From positions 1,504,001 through 1,568,000 of the forward strand of contig OZ244852.1 of the NCBI GenBank assembly GCA_965220965.1: a stretch of 64,000 nt of DNA, written 5' to 3'. The stretch comes from Candidatus Marinacidobacterium sp. GTDB taxonomy: Bacteria > Acidobacteriota > Vicinamibacteria > Marinacidobacterales > Marinacidobacteraceae. Position numbers and translations under genes: made by a program. The notes below the pieces were generated by a model that did not search any database, had not been told where the DNA came from, and was given only the letters and a program-made list of their open reading frames with translations. Positions 48,633-57,749 of this stretch are shown in pieces. Positions within the stretch are counted from its first letter, which is position 1; each line of letters begins with the position of its first letter.

Positions 48633-50068
48633 CCGGCGTCGCCCTCGCGGAGGAGGCGCAGGCGATGGACCAGAGTCCCGACCGCCGCCGTCGCGAGCGA
48701 ACCGGCGAGCACGTCCCAGGTCCAGGCCAGCGGGAACCCGGCGAGGCGCACCGCGGCGGGGGCGAGGAAGCCCGCCCCCATCCCCGCGAGCACCGCGCCC
48801 GAGGAGGTGCGCGGGGCGAACAGCGCCAGCCCGAAGGCCCCCACCGTGGGACCCGACGCGTAGGAGAGGACCGAGAGGCCGGCCTCGAGCGCCGAGGGGG
48901 CGCGCTGGGCGATGAGCGCCACGACGGTCTGGACCAGCCCCCAGACGACGACGAACTGCCGTCCCACCCGGACCTGACGCCCTCGCGCGCTCTCCGCCCC
49001 CTCGCGCCGGGTGCGCCACGGCAGCCAGAAATCGCGGACGGTGGTCGAGGCGAGGCTCACCAGCGAGGGCGAGAGCGCGGCGGCCACGACCGCCGCGAGC
49101 GTGATCCCCGCTCCGACCCCGCCGATGTTCTCGGCGACGAACGTCGGGAGGACCTCATCGGGCCGGGCGAACTCGCGGCCGCCGTAGACGCTCCACAGCC
49201 ACGCGCCGATGCCGAGGAACAGGCAGAACTGGACGAGGGCGCCGACGCCGGAGAGCACGAGGCCCACCTGGGCGTGCCGCAGCGAGCGCGCCGCAAGCAG
49301 CCGCTGGGCGAGGTACTGGTCCGCCCCGTGGGTCGCAAAGGTGAGGAATGCGCCGCCGAGCACGCCGGCGAAGATGGTGTAGGGGACACTCAGGTCGAGG
49401 CTCGGGACGAGCACCCGGAACTTCCCGGCTTCGGAGGCCGCCCCGACCCACTCGAAGCCGCCGCCGGAGCCCTCCATCCCGGAAAGCGCGAGGACGATGA
49501 CCCCGGCGCCCGCCAGGTAGACCGCGAGCTGGATCGTGTCGGTCCAGATCGTGGCCCGCACGCCGCCCTCCTCGGAGAACGCGACCATCGCGGCGGCGAG
49601 CGCGAGGATGCACCACCACTCCGGGACCCCGGCGACGATCGACACCATGAGCGCCGCGGCGTGGAGCCGGACCCCGTCCGCCAGGTTGCGGTAGACGAGG
49701 AAGATCGCCGCCGCCGCGCTCCTCACCCGCGTCCCGAACCTGTGGAGCAGGAGCTCGTAGGAGGTGACGACCTCGCCGCGGAAGTAGGCGGGCAGCAGCC
49801 AGAACGCGATCCCCACCCGGCCCAGCACGAAGCCCAGCGCGAGCTGGAGGAACCGGAAGTCCCCCTCGTAGGCGAAGCCCGGAACCGAGGTGAAGGTCAG
49901 GACGCTCGTCTCGGTCGCCACGATGCACGCGGCGACCGCCCACCAGGGCGCCGAGCGGCCGGCGAGGAAGAACCCCTGAACTGTCCGGTCCTTCCTCCCG
50001 ATCCAGACCCCGAAGGCGGTGATCGCCGCCAGATACCCCCCGACGATCAGGAGGGTGGCGAGGGACAT
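48629..50068 (-). CDS. Sodium:solute symporter
   Basis: FFLAGRSAPWW, IVATETS..TF, WTD, HGADQ..QRLL. Confidence 0.88.
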   Translation of the reverse strand: MSLATLLIVGGYLAAITAFGVWIGRKDRTVQGFFLAGRSAPWWAVAACIVATETSVLTFTSVPGFAYEGDFRFLQLALGFVLGRVGIAFWLLPAYFRGEVVTSYELLLHRFGTRVRSAAAAIFLVYRNLADGVRLHAAALMVSIVAGVPEWWCILALAAAMVAFSEEGGVRATIWTDTIQLAVYLAGAGVIVLALSGMEGSGGGFEWVGAASEAGKFRVLVPSLDLSVPYTIFAGVLGGAFLTFATHGADQYLAQRLLAARSLRHAQVGLVLSGVGALVQFCLFLGIGAWLWSVYGGREFARPDEVLPTFVAENIGGVGAGITLAAVVAAALSPSLVSLASTTVRDFWLPWRTRREGAESARGRQVRVGRQFVVVWGLVQTVVALIAQRAPSALEAGLSVLSYASGPTVGAFGLALFAPRTSSGAVLAGMGAGFLAPAAVRLAGFPLAWTWDVLAGSLATAAVGTLVHRLRLLREGDAG

Positions 50069-50108
50069 CCGCGGGGGATTGTGCGCGAAGCCCGGACCAG
50101 CCCGGGCG

Positions 50109-50828
50109 TCAGACCTTCACGATCCGGCCCTTCGAGGTGATCCGGAAGCCGTCGGGGAGGACCTTCTCCACCGCGGGGCGGCGGCCGCGGATCTCCCAGC
50201 CGAAGTCGGCGAAGAGCCCGGCGATTTCGATGCGGACCCGGAGCGAGTCCTCCTCCTCGGCGACCAGCGCTAGGAGCAGCGCTTCGCGGGTCGCCTCGTC
50301 GCGCGCTTCGCGGAGCGCCCGAACCACCGCCAGCCGCACCGTGTCGTCGGCGCTTCCGAGGCAGCGGACGAGGCCTTCCCCGACGCCGGGGACCGGCAGA
50401 CCCGAGACGAAGTCGATGATCTGCGCCGCCTTGGGGCCCCGGATCGTCACCGGATCGCCGTCGCCGAGCACCGAGAACAGGAATTCGGCGAGCTCGGAGT
50501 CGGGGATCAGGGCGCGGAGCGCCTCCATGGCCCAGGTGACCTCGTCGTGGCCGCGCAGGAAGCGCCGCAGTGGTTCGGCCGCCGGAGCGCCGAACTCGAC
50601 GAGCAGGTCGCGGACCCAGCGCTTTTCCTGGTCGTCCTGCTCCAGGTTGCCGGCGGTCATGGTGAACCGGCGCGCCAACTGGTAGATCGCCTCCGGGGTC
50701 CCGGTCGCGACAAGACGGTCGGCGGCGGCGGCGCGGGCCTCGGGCTGGGCGTAGCGCTGGGTGAGCGTCTTCGCCGCCCGTCGCACCCGGGCGGCCTCCC
50801 GGCCCTTGCTGCTGAGCAGCTCGAGCAT
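50109..50828 (-). CDS. HEAT-repeat protein
   Basis: Helical repeats (DDTVRLAVVRAL, SLRVRIEIA); TGATG overlap with the upstream gene. Confidence 0.75.
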   Translation of the reverse strand: MLELLSSKGREAARVRRAAKTLTQRYAQPEARAAAADRLVATGTPEAIYQLARRFTMTAGNLEQDDQEKRWVRDLLVEFGAPAAEPLRRFLRGHDEVTWAMEALRALIPDSELAEFLFSVLGDGDPVTIRGPKAAQIIDFVSGLPVPGVGEGLVRCLGSADDTVRLAVVRALREARDEATREALLLALVAEEEDSLRVRIEIAGLFADFGWEIRGRRPAVEKVLPDGFRITSKGRIVKV

Positions 50829-53332
50829 CAGCCGCCCCCTTCGCCGCCGATCTCGCGGAGCGGGAGGTTCCCGAGCCGGTAGCGCTCCCAGCCCCGGTAG
50901 TCGAAGTGCCACCACTCGTTCTCGTAGACGGTGAAGCCGTCGCGCTCCATCTCCCGGCGCACCAGCTCGCGCAGCCACCGCTGGCGCGAACTCCCGCCGA
51001 CGTAGCCCGGGAAAGCGCGCTCCGAGAACTCGTCGTACCCCGAGACGGTCGGCTCGGGGGCGCCGGTCGCCAGATCGTGGAGCCCGAGGTCCACCGCCGC
51101 GCCCCGGTTGTGCCGCGATCCGGACGAGGGGTCGGCGACGAAGATCCGCTGATGTTCGGGGGTCGCGTCGAAAAACATCTTCGTGACCCGCCACGGGCGG
51201 TAGCCGTCGTGGACGGTGATCCCCAGACCGTGATCGGCGAGCGCGCGGTGGACGCGGACGAGCGCCTCCGCCGCCGGGCGCTGGAGGAAGGCGTCGGCGA
51301 CCTCGTAGAAGGCCGCCGCCATGAAGTTGTCGGTCCCGGCGTAGCGCACATCGAGCCGGATCGAGTCGTCGAGGTCGGTGATCCGCACGAGGTCCGACTC
51401 GACGAAGTCGCCCTCCTCGACCGGCGGTTCGGCGTCCGCCGCGAGCGCCCGGAGCTCGTCGATGGGAAGCTGCGGCTCGATCCGGAACGTCCCCTCGCCG
51501 GGGCCGTCGCGGCGCGGGAAGACGATCCCGGAGAGCGACACGCCGGTGACGGCTCCATCGTCGCCGCGAAGGAACTCGAAGGACTCCCCGGGATAGAGGC
51601 CGCGGTCCGGGTAGTGGAAGCGGTCGGGATCGTCCGGGTCGGCGGTCAGCACCGCCCGCTCCAGCCACTCGATCAGCACCGCGAGCGCGCCGTCCTGCTC
51701 AAAGACGAAGAGGATGTTGTGGTCCCAGCCGTACTCCCCCATCAGGGGCAGGAACCGCGCCGGCGGCGGGGGCGGAAGGGGGTCGGGCGCCCGGCGGAAC
51801 ACGCCGCCTCCGGGCTCGACGGTGAGCGTCGTCTCCTCGCCCTCTCCGCGGACCACGAGGCGCGGCCCGAAGGTCAGGCGGGAGTCGGCCACCAGGGTCA
51901 GCGCTCCCGGTTCGGGGTCGGGCGCGGTCGAAGCGCGCAGCTCGAAGCTGGCGCCCGCGGTCTCCATCTCGAGCCGGTGCTCTTCCGGGCCGCGGGACGG
52001 ATCGGCGCGGGCGAGGAGCCGCACTCGGGCCCCGGCGGCGGCGCCCTCGCCTTCCCAGCGCCCGTGGAGCCGGCCTGCGACCCCGGCCGGGAGCGGCGCG
52101 GACCCGGCGTAGGCCACCGGGTCGCCCGACTCGCGGGTGAGGAGCTCCAGCAGCGCCTGCTCCACGATCCGGCCCGCCACCGCGTTCGTGAAGTCCACCG
52201 AGCTGACCGCGACCGCGCCGAGCCCCACCTCGGGAAGGAACGCCAGCTCGGTGGAGAACCCGTAGATCGCGCCCCCGTGGCCGACCCGGCGGTAACGCCT
52301 CCCCTCGGGCGCCTCGAGGTGACCGAGGTGGAAGCCGAGGCCGAACCCGGTGGCGTCCGCGCTGTCCTGCTCGCCGGGGAACTGGACGCGCCACATCTCG
52401 GCGAGGCCTTCGGAGTCGAGGACGCCGGGCAACTCGCCCCCGGCGAGCAGCGTCAGGAACCGGCCCAGATCGCGGACCGAGGTGACCATCGTCCCGGCGG
52501 GCGCCATCCCGAGCGGGAAAGAGGGGGCCGGGAACTCGCGTCCGTCGTAGCTCCACATGAGCCCGTCGGCGAGCCGGTCGGCCGGAGCGGCGGCGAGCGA
52601 GAACCAGCTCGAGTCGAGGCCAAGCGGCGCGAGGACCTCGCCGGCCACCGCGTCGGCGAACGGGCTCCCCGACGCGTGCTCGAGAACCCGTCCCACGACG
52701 GCGATCGCGGCGTTCGAGTACTTCTGCCGGGCGCCCGGAGGGAACACCAGCGGGACCCCGTTCAGGCTGTCCACCGTCGCCTCGAGCGTCGGCGACGAGT
52801 CGTCGAAGTAGTGGCCCACCAGCGGCTCGCGCACCAGTCCGGCGCGGTGCGCCATCAGCCGCCGCAGCGTGATCCCGTCGGCCGGCTCGCCGGCCGCTCC
52901 CGGCGCGAATCCGGGGAGCGCCTGCGCGACCTCGGCGTCGAGGTCGAGGGCGCCGCGCTGGTGGCGCGCCACGACCGCGATGTCGGTGAACAGCTTGGAC
53001 ACCGAGCCGACGCGGAAGAGGGTGTCGGCGTCCGCGGCAACGCCGGGCCGGGCCTCGCCGAACCCCTCCGCCCAGACGATGCGGTCGCCGTCGGTGAGCG
53101 CGACCGCCACCGCCGGGATCGCCTTGTGCTCCATCTCGGCGTCCACGAAGTCCCCGAGCCGGGCGGCGAGGTCTTCGTAGCCGGGCGACGGGCCGATGAC
53201 GGCGGGCGCCTCTGAGACCGGGGCGCCGCAGCCGGCGAGCGCGACGGAGAGCGCCGCCGGCGCCAGGAAGCGGGCGAGCGGCGGGCGGGCTCCCGCCGGT
53301 CGCGAGCCGCGGCGGCGCTTGCCGGCGGTCAC
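50828..53332 (-). CDS. Lipoprotein: beta-lactamase-family serine hydrolase fused to VanX-type D-Ala-D-Ala dipeptidase (M15)
   Basis: Lipobox LAGC; SVSK, YSN, HGG; C-terminal DGYRP, SRHNRGAAVD, EWWHFD. Confidence 0.88.
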   Translation of the reverse strand: MTAGKRRRGSRPAGARPPLARFLAPAALSVALAGCGAPVSEAPAVIGPSPGYEDLAARLGDFVDAEMEHKAIPAVAVALTDGDRIVWAEGFGEARPGVAADADTLFRVGSVSKLFTDIAVVARHQRGALDLDAEVAQALPGFAPGAAGEPADGITLRRLMAHRAGLVREPLVGHYFDDSSPTLEATVDSLNGVPLVFPPGARQKYSNAAIAVVGRVLEHASGSPFADAVAGEVLAPLGLDSSWFSLAAAPADRLADGLMWSYDGREFPAPSFPLGMAPAGTMVTSVRDLGRFLTLLAGGELPGVLDSEGLAEMWRVQFPGEQDSADATGFGLGFHLGHLEAPEGRRYRRVGHGGAIYGFSTELAFLPEVGLGAVAVSSVDFTNAVAGRIVEQALLELLTRESGDPVAYAGSAPLPAGVAGRLHGRWEGEGAAAGARVRLLARADPSRGPEEHRLEMETAGASFELRASTAPDPEPGALTLVADSRLTFGPRLVVRGEGEETTLTVEPGGGVFRRAPDPLPPPPPARFLPLMGEYGWDHNILFVFEQDGALAVLIEWLERAVLTADPDDPDRFHYPDRGLYPGESFEFLRGDDGAVTGVSLSGIVFPRRDGPGEGTFRIEPQLPIDELRALAADAEPPVEEGDFVESDLVRITDLDDSIRLDVRYAGTDNFMAAAFYEVADAFLQRPAAEALVRVHRALADHGLGITVHDGYRPWRVTKMFFDATPEHQRIFVADPSSGSRHNRGAAVDLGLHDLATGAPEPTVSGYDEFSERAFPGYVGGSSRQRWLRELVRREMERDGFTVYENEWWHFDYRGWERYRLGNLPLREIGGEGGG

Positions 53333-54645
53333 CGGCGGTCCGCCGTGGGGAGCGGGGTCGGAACGTCGGCCCACACCGGGTCCTCCAGCGTGTCCGGGGC
53401 CGGGCCGCCGAGCTCCCAGCCCGCCGGACGCCCGCCGAGGGCGTCATCGAAGAAGTCGCTCACCCGGTTCCAGAAGACCCCCCTCGGGGGGTAGCTGTCG
53501 AAGCCGTGCTCGCCGCCGGGCAGCAGCCAGCGGCGCGACGGCAGGCCGGCGGCGAGGCGCGCCTCGTGGAGCTCGAGGCTGTGGTCCGGCGGAACCTGGC
53601 GATCGCGGTCGCCGTGGATGAACAGCACCGGACCGGGCATCCCGGTGATGGCCTCGACCGGGCGCACATCGCGGATGCGGAGCCCGGTGCGCAGCCGCAC
53701 GAAGAACGCCAGCGGGGTCCGGAGCGCGGCGTCGCCTCCCCGGACCTCGAGCATCGAGCCCGCCGCCCGCCAGAGATCGGCGTAGGGGGCGTCGAGCGCC
53801 AGCGCCGGAAGGTCGCCGAGTTCGGCGGCGGCGTAGATCGCCGAGGCGGCGCCGTTCGAGGTGCCGAACACCACGACGCGTCCGGGGTCGGCGTCCGGCC
53901 GCTCGCGGGCGAAGCGGACCGCCGCGGCCACATCGTGGCGCTCGTTCATGGTGTAGGTGATGTAGCGGCCTTCGCTGTTCCCCCGCCCCGAGAGATCAAA
54001 GGTGAACAGCCCGTAGCCGCGGTCGCGGAAGAACTCCGCGCCGTGGTCGAGCGCCTGGAACCGCGAGGAATGGGCCCCGTGGACCCAGACCACCGTCCGA
54101 CCGTCGCCCTCTTCGGGGGGCGGGATCCACCAGCCCCGGATCCGGAAGCCGCTCCCCGAATCGAACTCCACCTCCTCGAACGGGAGTCCGAGGTCGCCGG
54201 GATGCCGCACGAACCGCACGAGCCGAACGTCGACCCGCGCCGGTTCGCCGTCCCGGACCACGTCGAGCGGGACCACGTCGCCGGCCTCCCGATCCCGGAC
54301 CAGCGCGCGGAGGGCGGAGCCCATCGTGTCGTGCGGTTTGCCGTCCACCGCGACCACCCGGTCCCCCTCCTCGAGCCCGGCCTCGCGCCCTTCGGCGGAG
54401 ACCCGGCGCATCACGAAGCCCCCGTTCTCGCGATCGGGCGAGGACCGGCCGAGGAAGATGATGCCGGGAGGCGGGCCGTCCTTCCTGGCCTCGACACCCA
54501 TGTACCCCGGGCCGTCGGGGCTCCGGCGCAACCCGGTGGTGTACGCCAGCGCCATCCGGTCCAGCATCCGCGCACCGTAGAGCGCCGGGAGAAGGACCGC
54601 CGCGGCGATGACGCCGCCCACCAGCACGCGCCGGGGAACCCGCAT
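53329..54645 (-). CDS. PDZ domain + alpha/beta hydrolase membrane-anchored protein
   Basis: N-terminal TM; AGLEEGDRVVAVDG (PDZ); VHG, GTSNGA, IHGDRD, GEH. Confidence 0.82.
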   Translation of the reverse strand: MRVPRRVLVGGVIAAAVLLPALYGARMLDRMALAYTTGLRRSPDGPGYMGVEARKDGPPPGIIFLGRSSPDRENGGFVMRRVSAEGREAGLEEGDRVVAVDGKPHDTMGSALRALVRDREAGDVVPLDVVRDGEPARVDVRLVRFVRHPGDLGLPFEEVEFDSGSGFRIRGWWIPPPEEGDGRTVVWVHGAHSSRFQALDHGAEFFRDRGYGLFTFDLSGRGNSEGRYITYTMNERHDVAAAVRFARERPDADPGRVVVFGTSNGAASAIYAAAELGDLPALALDAPYADLWRAAGSMLEVRGGDAALRTPLAFFVRLRTGLRIRDVRPVEAITGMPGPVLFIHGDRDRQVPPDHSLELHEARLAAGLPSRRWLLPGGEHGFDSYPPRGVFWNRVSDFFDDALGGRPAGWELGGPAPDTLEDPVWADVPTPLPTADRR

Positions 54646-54699
54646 GGCCCGGCATTCTACGGACCGCCCAGCCGGGGGGCGCCGCGCCGGACCCGGTCG

Positions 54700-54726
54700 G
54701 CAACAAACCGGGGGCCCCGCGCGTAA
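54700..54726 (+). promoter_or_regulatory. Putative autoregulatory ECF promoter
   Basis: GCAAC-N17-CGTAA, upstream of the AGGAGG SD of the ECF sigma gene; matches the general AAC/CGT ECF pattern. Confidence 0.55.
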
Positions 54727-54740
54727 GGAAAGCAGGAGGA

Positions 54741-55406
54741 ATGCCCGACGGCCCGATTCGCGATGCGGCGACCCAGGAAGGATCCCGGCGGCGGACCGCG
54801 GACGCGCCCTCCCGCCTCGACGACCGCGCGATCTCCGGGCTGGTCCGGGAGTGCCAGGAAGCCGAGGACCCCGACTCCGGCTTCGGAACCGAGTCCGCCG
54901 CCCGCGCCTGGGGCGCGCTCCACACCCACTTCCATCCCCGGATCACCGCGTTTTGCCGACGCGCCCTGCCGGGGAGCGACGGCGAGGACCTCGCCTCCGA
55001 GATCATGCTGAAAGCCCGGTTCCGGATCGCCTCGTTCGACCTCGCGCGTCCGTTCGCCCCGTGGCTCTACCGGATCGCCGCCAACCGCTGCTGGGACGAA
55101 GCCCGGCGCTCCCGGCGCTCCGAACCGCTGGACGATGAAGAGGCCGCCGGGCTGGTGGCGGAGGCGCCGAGTCCGCTCGAGCTGGTCGCCACCCAGGAGA
55201 CCCGTGAGATGGTCCGCTCGGCGCTCGACCGCCTGCCCCGCCGTCAGCGGTTCGCGCTCACGCTGCGCTACCAGGCCGAACTCAGCTACCGCGAAATCGG
55301 CGAGGCGCTCGGGATCCCCCCGTCCCAGGTCGGCCCCGTGCTGCTCCGCGGCCGGCGCCGGATGCGCGTCCTCCTCGAGGCCGCCCCCGGAGGGGCCGAC
55401 ATCTGA
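54741..55406 (+). CDS. ECF RNA polymerase sigma factor
   Basis: EDL, FAPWLYRIAANRCWD, LDRLPRRQR, LSYREIGEALG. Confidence 0.92.
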   Translation: MPDGPIRDAATQEGSRRRTADAPSRLDDRAISGLVRECQEAEDPDSGFGTESAARAWGALHTHFHPRITAFCRRALPGSDGEDLASEIMLKARFRIASFDLARPFAPWLYRIAANRCWDEARRSRRSEPLDDEEAAGLVAEAPSPLELVATQETREMVRSALDRLPRRQRFALTLRYQAELSYREIGEALGIPPSQVGPVLLRGRRRMRVLLEAAPGGADI

Positions 55407-56980
55407 TGGCCCGAGGCGAAAGCTGCCGGTCCGAACTGGACCTCGCCGCGCTCCTCGACCAGGAGATGGACCACCAGATCGCGCTCGCGACCCGCCGCCA
55501 TCTGACGCGCTGCCTCGAGTGCAGCGAGCGGTACGAGGCGCTCCGCAGCGAGCACCGGTTGCTCGAGGCCGCGATCTCCGTGGAAGAGGAGGAGACCCGC
55601 GCGGTGCGCCTCGAGTTCGGCTGGGTCGTCGCGGCCGGTCTGCTCCTCTCCACCGGACTCCTCGTGTTCCGCCGTCTGCTGTCGGAGGCGGGGGGCGCCG
55701 ACGCCTCGCCGGTTCCGGAAGAACTGCTCACCCGGCTCGTCTACGGCCTGCTCCGCCTCGTCGACTTCGCCGCCATCCTGACCGAGATCTCCATCGGAGG
55801 CCTTCTCGCCATGACGCTCCTCGCCCTGACCCTCCTGACCGCCGCCGGCCGCCGACTCCGCCCGCGGGCCGCGCCCGTTCTTCTCGTCGGGGCGCTCGCA
55901 GCGACGCTCGCCGGCGTCCCCGCTCCCGCCGAGGCCTACGAGGTCCGCGCCGGACGCGAGGCCGACTGCCGGGTCGCCGAGGGCGAAGTGATCGAGGACG
56001 ACCTCGTCCTGATGTGTTCGAACGCCGTCATCGCCGGCGTCGTCCGCGGCGATGTCTACTACCTGGGGGAGTCCGTCACGGTGAGCGGCCGGGTGGACGG
56101 CGATCTGATGGGCCTGTCGGAGCGCATCGACATCGAGGGCGAGGTTGGCCTCAGTTGGCGGGGCGCGGCCCAGACCGCGCGGATCCTGGGACGCGTGGAG
56201 CGCGGGGTCACCGCGGCCGGGCAGCTCGTCGAGATCCGGCCGCGCGCCTCCGTCGGCGGAGGGGTGGTCCTCGCGGGGGAACACCTCATCGTGTCCGGCC
56301 CGGTCGCCCGCTCGCTCTTCGCCGCCGGCGGCCGGGTCGAGCTGGACAGCTCGGTCGGGGGCGACCTGCGGGTTGCGGCGGCCGGGCTCGAGATGGGTCG
56401 GAGCGCCTCGGTCGGCGGCTCGGCGGAGTACCACGGGGACCGCGAGCCGGTCCGGGCGCCCGGCGCTCCGCAGATCGAGTGGATCCGCGACGAGCCCGAG
56501 GAGACGAGCGCGTGGGAGGCGGTCTCCGGAGTCCTCCGGGGCTTCGGGCGGGCCTTCGTCCTGGGCGCCTTCCTCGTCCTGCTCGCCTCCGGCTCGATGG
56601 CCGGGATCGCGGCGGTCGGCGGCCGGCCGCTCGCGCCGATGGGCGTCGGGGTGCTGCTCTTCGTCGGCCTCCCGTTCACCGCGCTGCTGGCGGCGATTAC
56701 GCTCGTGGGGCTGCCGCTGGCGCTCACCCTCCTGGCGCTCTATCTCTTCCTGCTCTACGCGGCGCAGGTCGTGGCGGGCCTCGTCATCGGACAGGCGATC
56801 CTCGGACACGCCGACAGCCGCTGGCGGCGCCTGCTCCGGCTCGCCCTCGGCCTCGCGGTGGTGGCTGTCGCGGTCGAGATCCCGGTGGCGGGATTCGCGG
56901 TGAGCCTGCTCGTCATGTTCCTCGGGCTCGGCGCCGTCGGCCTGTGGGCGTGGAGGTCGAAGTCCACGGCGCTCGCGTGA
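55406..56980 (+). CDS. ZAS anti-sigma factor fused to bactofilin-like beta-helix and multi-TM domain
   Basis: HLTRCLEC (Hx3Cx2C); TM helices; repeated IxGxVxGD; several C-terminal TMs; TGATG overlap with sigma gene. Confidence 0.75.
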   Translation: MARGESCRSELDLAALLDQEMDHQIALATRRHLTRCLECSERYEALRSEHRLLEAAISVEEEETRAVRLEFGWVVAAGLLLSTGLLVFRRLLSEAGGADASPVPEELLTRLVYGLLRLVDFAAILTEISIGGLLAMTLLALTLLTAAGRRLRPRAAPVLLVGALAATLAGVPAPAEAYEVRAGREADCRVAEGEVIEDDLVLMCSNAVIAGVVRGDVYYLGESVTVSGRVDGDLMGLSERIDIEGEVGLSWRGAAQTARILGRVERGVTAAGQLVEIRPRASVGGGVVLAGEHLIVSGPVARSLFAAGGRVELDSSVGGDLRVAAAGLEMGRSASVGGSAEYHGDREPVRAPGAPQIEWIRDEPEETSAWEAVSGVLRGFGRAFVLGAFLVLLASGSMAGIAAVGGRPLAPMGVGVLLFVGLPFTALLAAITLVGLPLALTLLALYLFLLYAAQVVAGLVIGQAILGHADSRWRRLLRLALGLAVVAVAVEIPVAGFAVSLLVMFLGLGAVGLWAWRSKSTALA

Positions 56981-56994
56981 GCCTGCGGGCCAGA

Positions 56995-57080
56995 AATCGA
57001 AACTTGCGCTTCGCGCCAGGTTTCGATTCGAGAGTTGCAAATTTGGGGAGGGGGACACCCCCTCCCCGGCCCTCCCCCCT
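56995..57080. repeat. REP-like double hairpin element
   Basis: AATCGAAAC..GTTTCGATT (56995-57028) and GGGGAGGGGG-aca-CCCCCTCCCC (57045-57067) followed by GGCCCTCCCC. Confidence 0.5.
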
Positions 57081-57218
57081 ATCTGCGTCGTCGCGCTCAC
57101 GAGATCGTCAATGCGGGTCTGGGCCATCCACATCTACACACTCCGCACAGCCGCAGAGCAGGCGCCACAGAGCGCTCAGCTACCGGTGAAGTGAGACTCC
57201 GTACAATCCCGCGCCGCC

Positions 57219-57737
57219 ATGGGCTGGATCTCCGATCTGATCTCCCCCAAGCGGGGCGAAGCCTCCCCTCCGCGCTGGCAGAGCGCCGCAGCCGCCGCTC
57301 CCCGGGAGGAGGCGCCGGACGCGCGGGAAGTGCGGATCGCCACCGCGGTGCTCCTTCTCGAGGTCTCGCAGGCCGACCACGAGGTGGACGACCGCGAACG
57401 CCGCGCCGCCGCGCAGGCCCTCCAGTCGGCCTTCGGGCTCAGCGCCGAGGAGACGTCCGGCGTTCTCGCCGAAGCCGACCGCCGCTCGGCGGAGTCGGTC
57501 TCGCTCTACGAGTTCGCGCGCGCCGTCGACCGGAGCTTTTCCGCCGCGCAGAAGGCGACGGTCATCGAGCTGCTGTTCCAGGTGGCCTTCGCCGACGCCA
57601 CCCTCGCCGGCGAGGAAGAGCACCTGATCCGCAAGGCGGCGTCGCTGCTCCACGTTTCGCACTCCGCCTTCATCGCGGCGAAGGCCCGCGCGCGGGCGAC
57701 GATGGAGGCCGCCGCCGGATCGCCGGCGAGCGGCTGA
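57219..57737 (+). CDS. TerB family protein
   Basis: LLLEVSQADHEVDDRE, SLYEFAR, VAFAD..EEHLIRK. Confidence 0.85.
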   Translation: MGWISDLISPKRGEASPPRWQSAAAAAPREEAPDAREVRIATAVLLLEVSQADHEVDDRERRAAAQALQSAFGLSAEETSGVLAEADRRSAESVSLYEFARAVDRSFSAAQKATVIELLFQVAFADATLAGEEEHLIRKAASLLHVSHSAFIAAKARARATMEAAAGSPASG

Positions 57738-57749
57738 GCGAAGCCCCGC

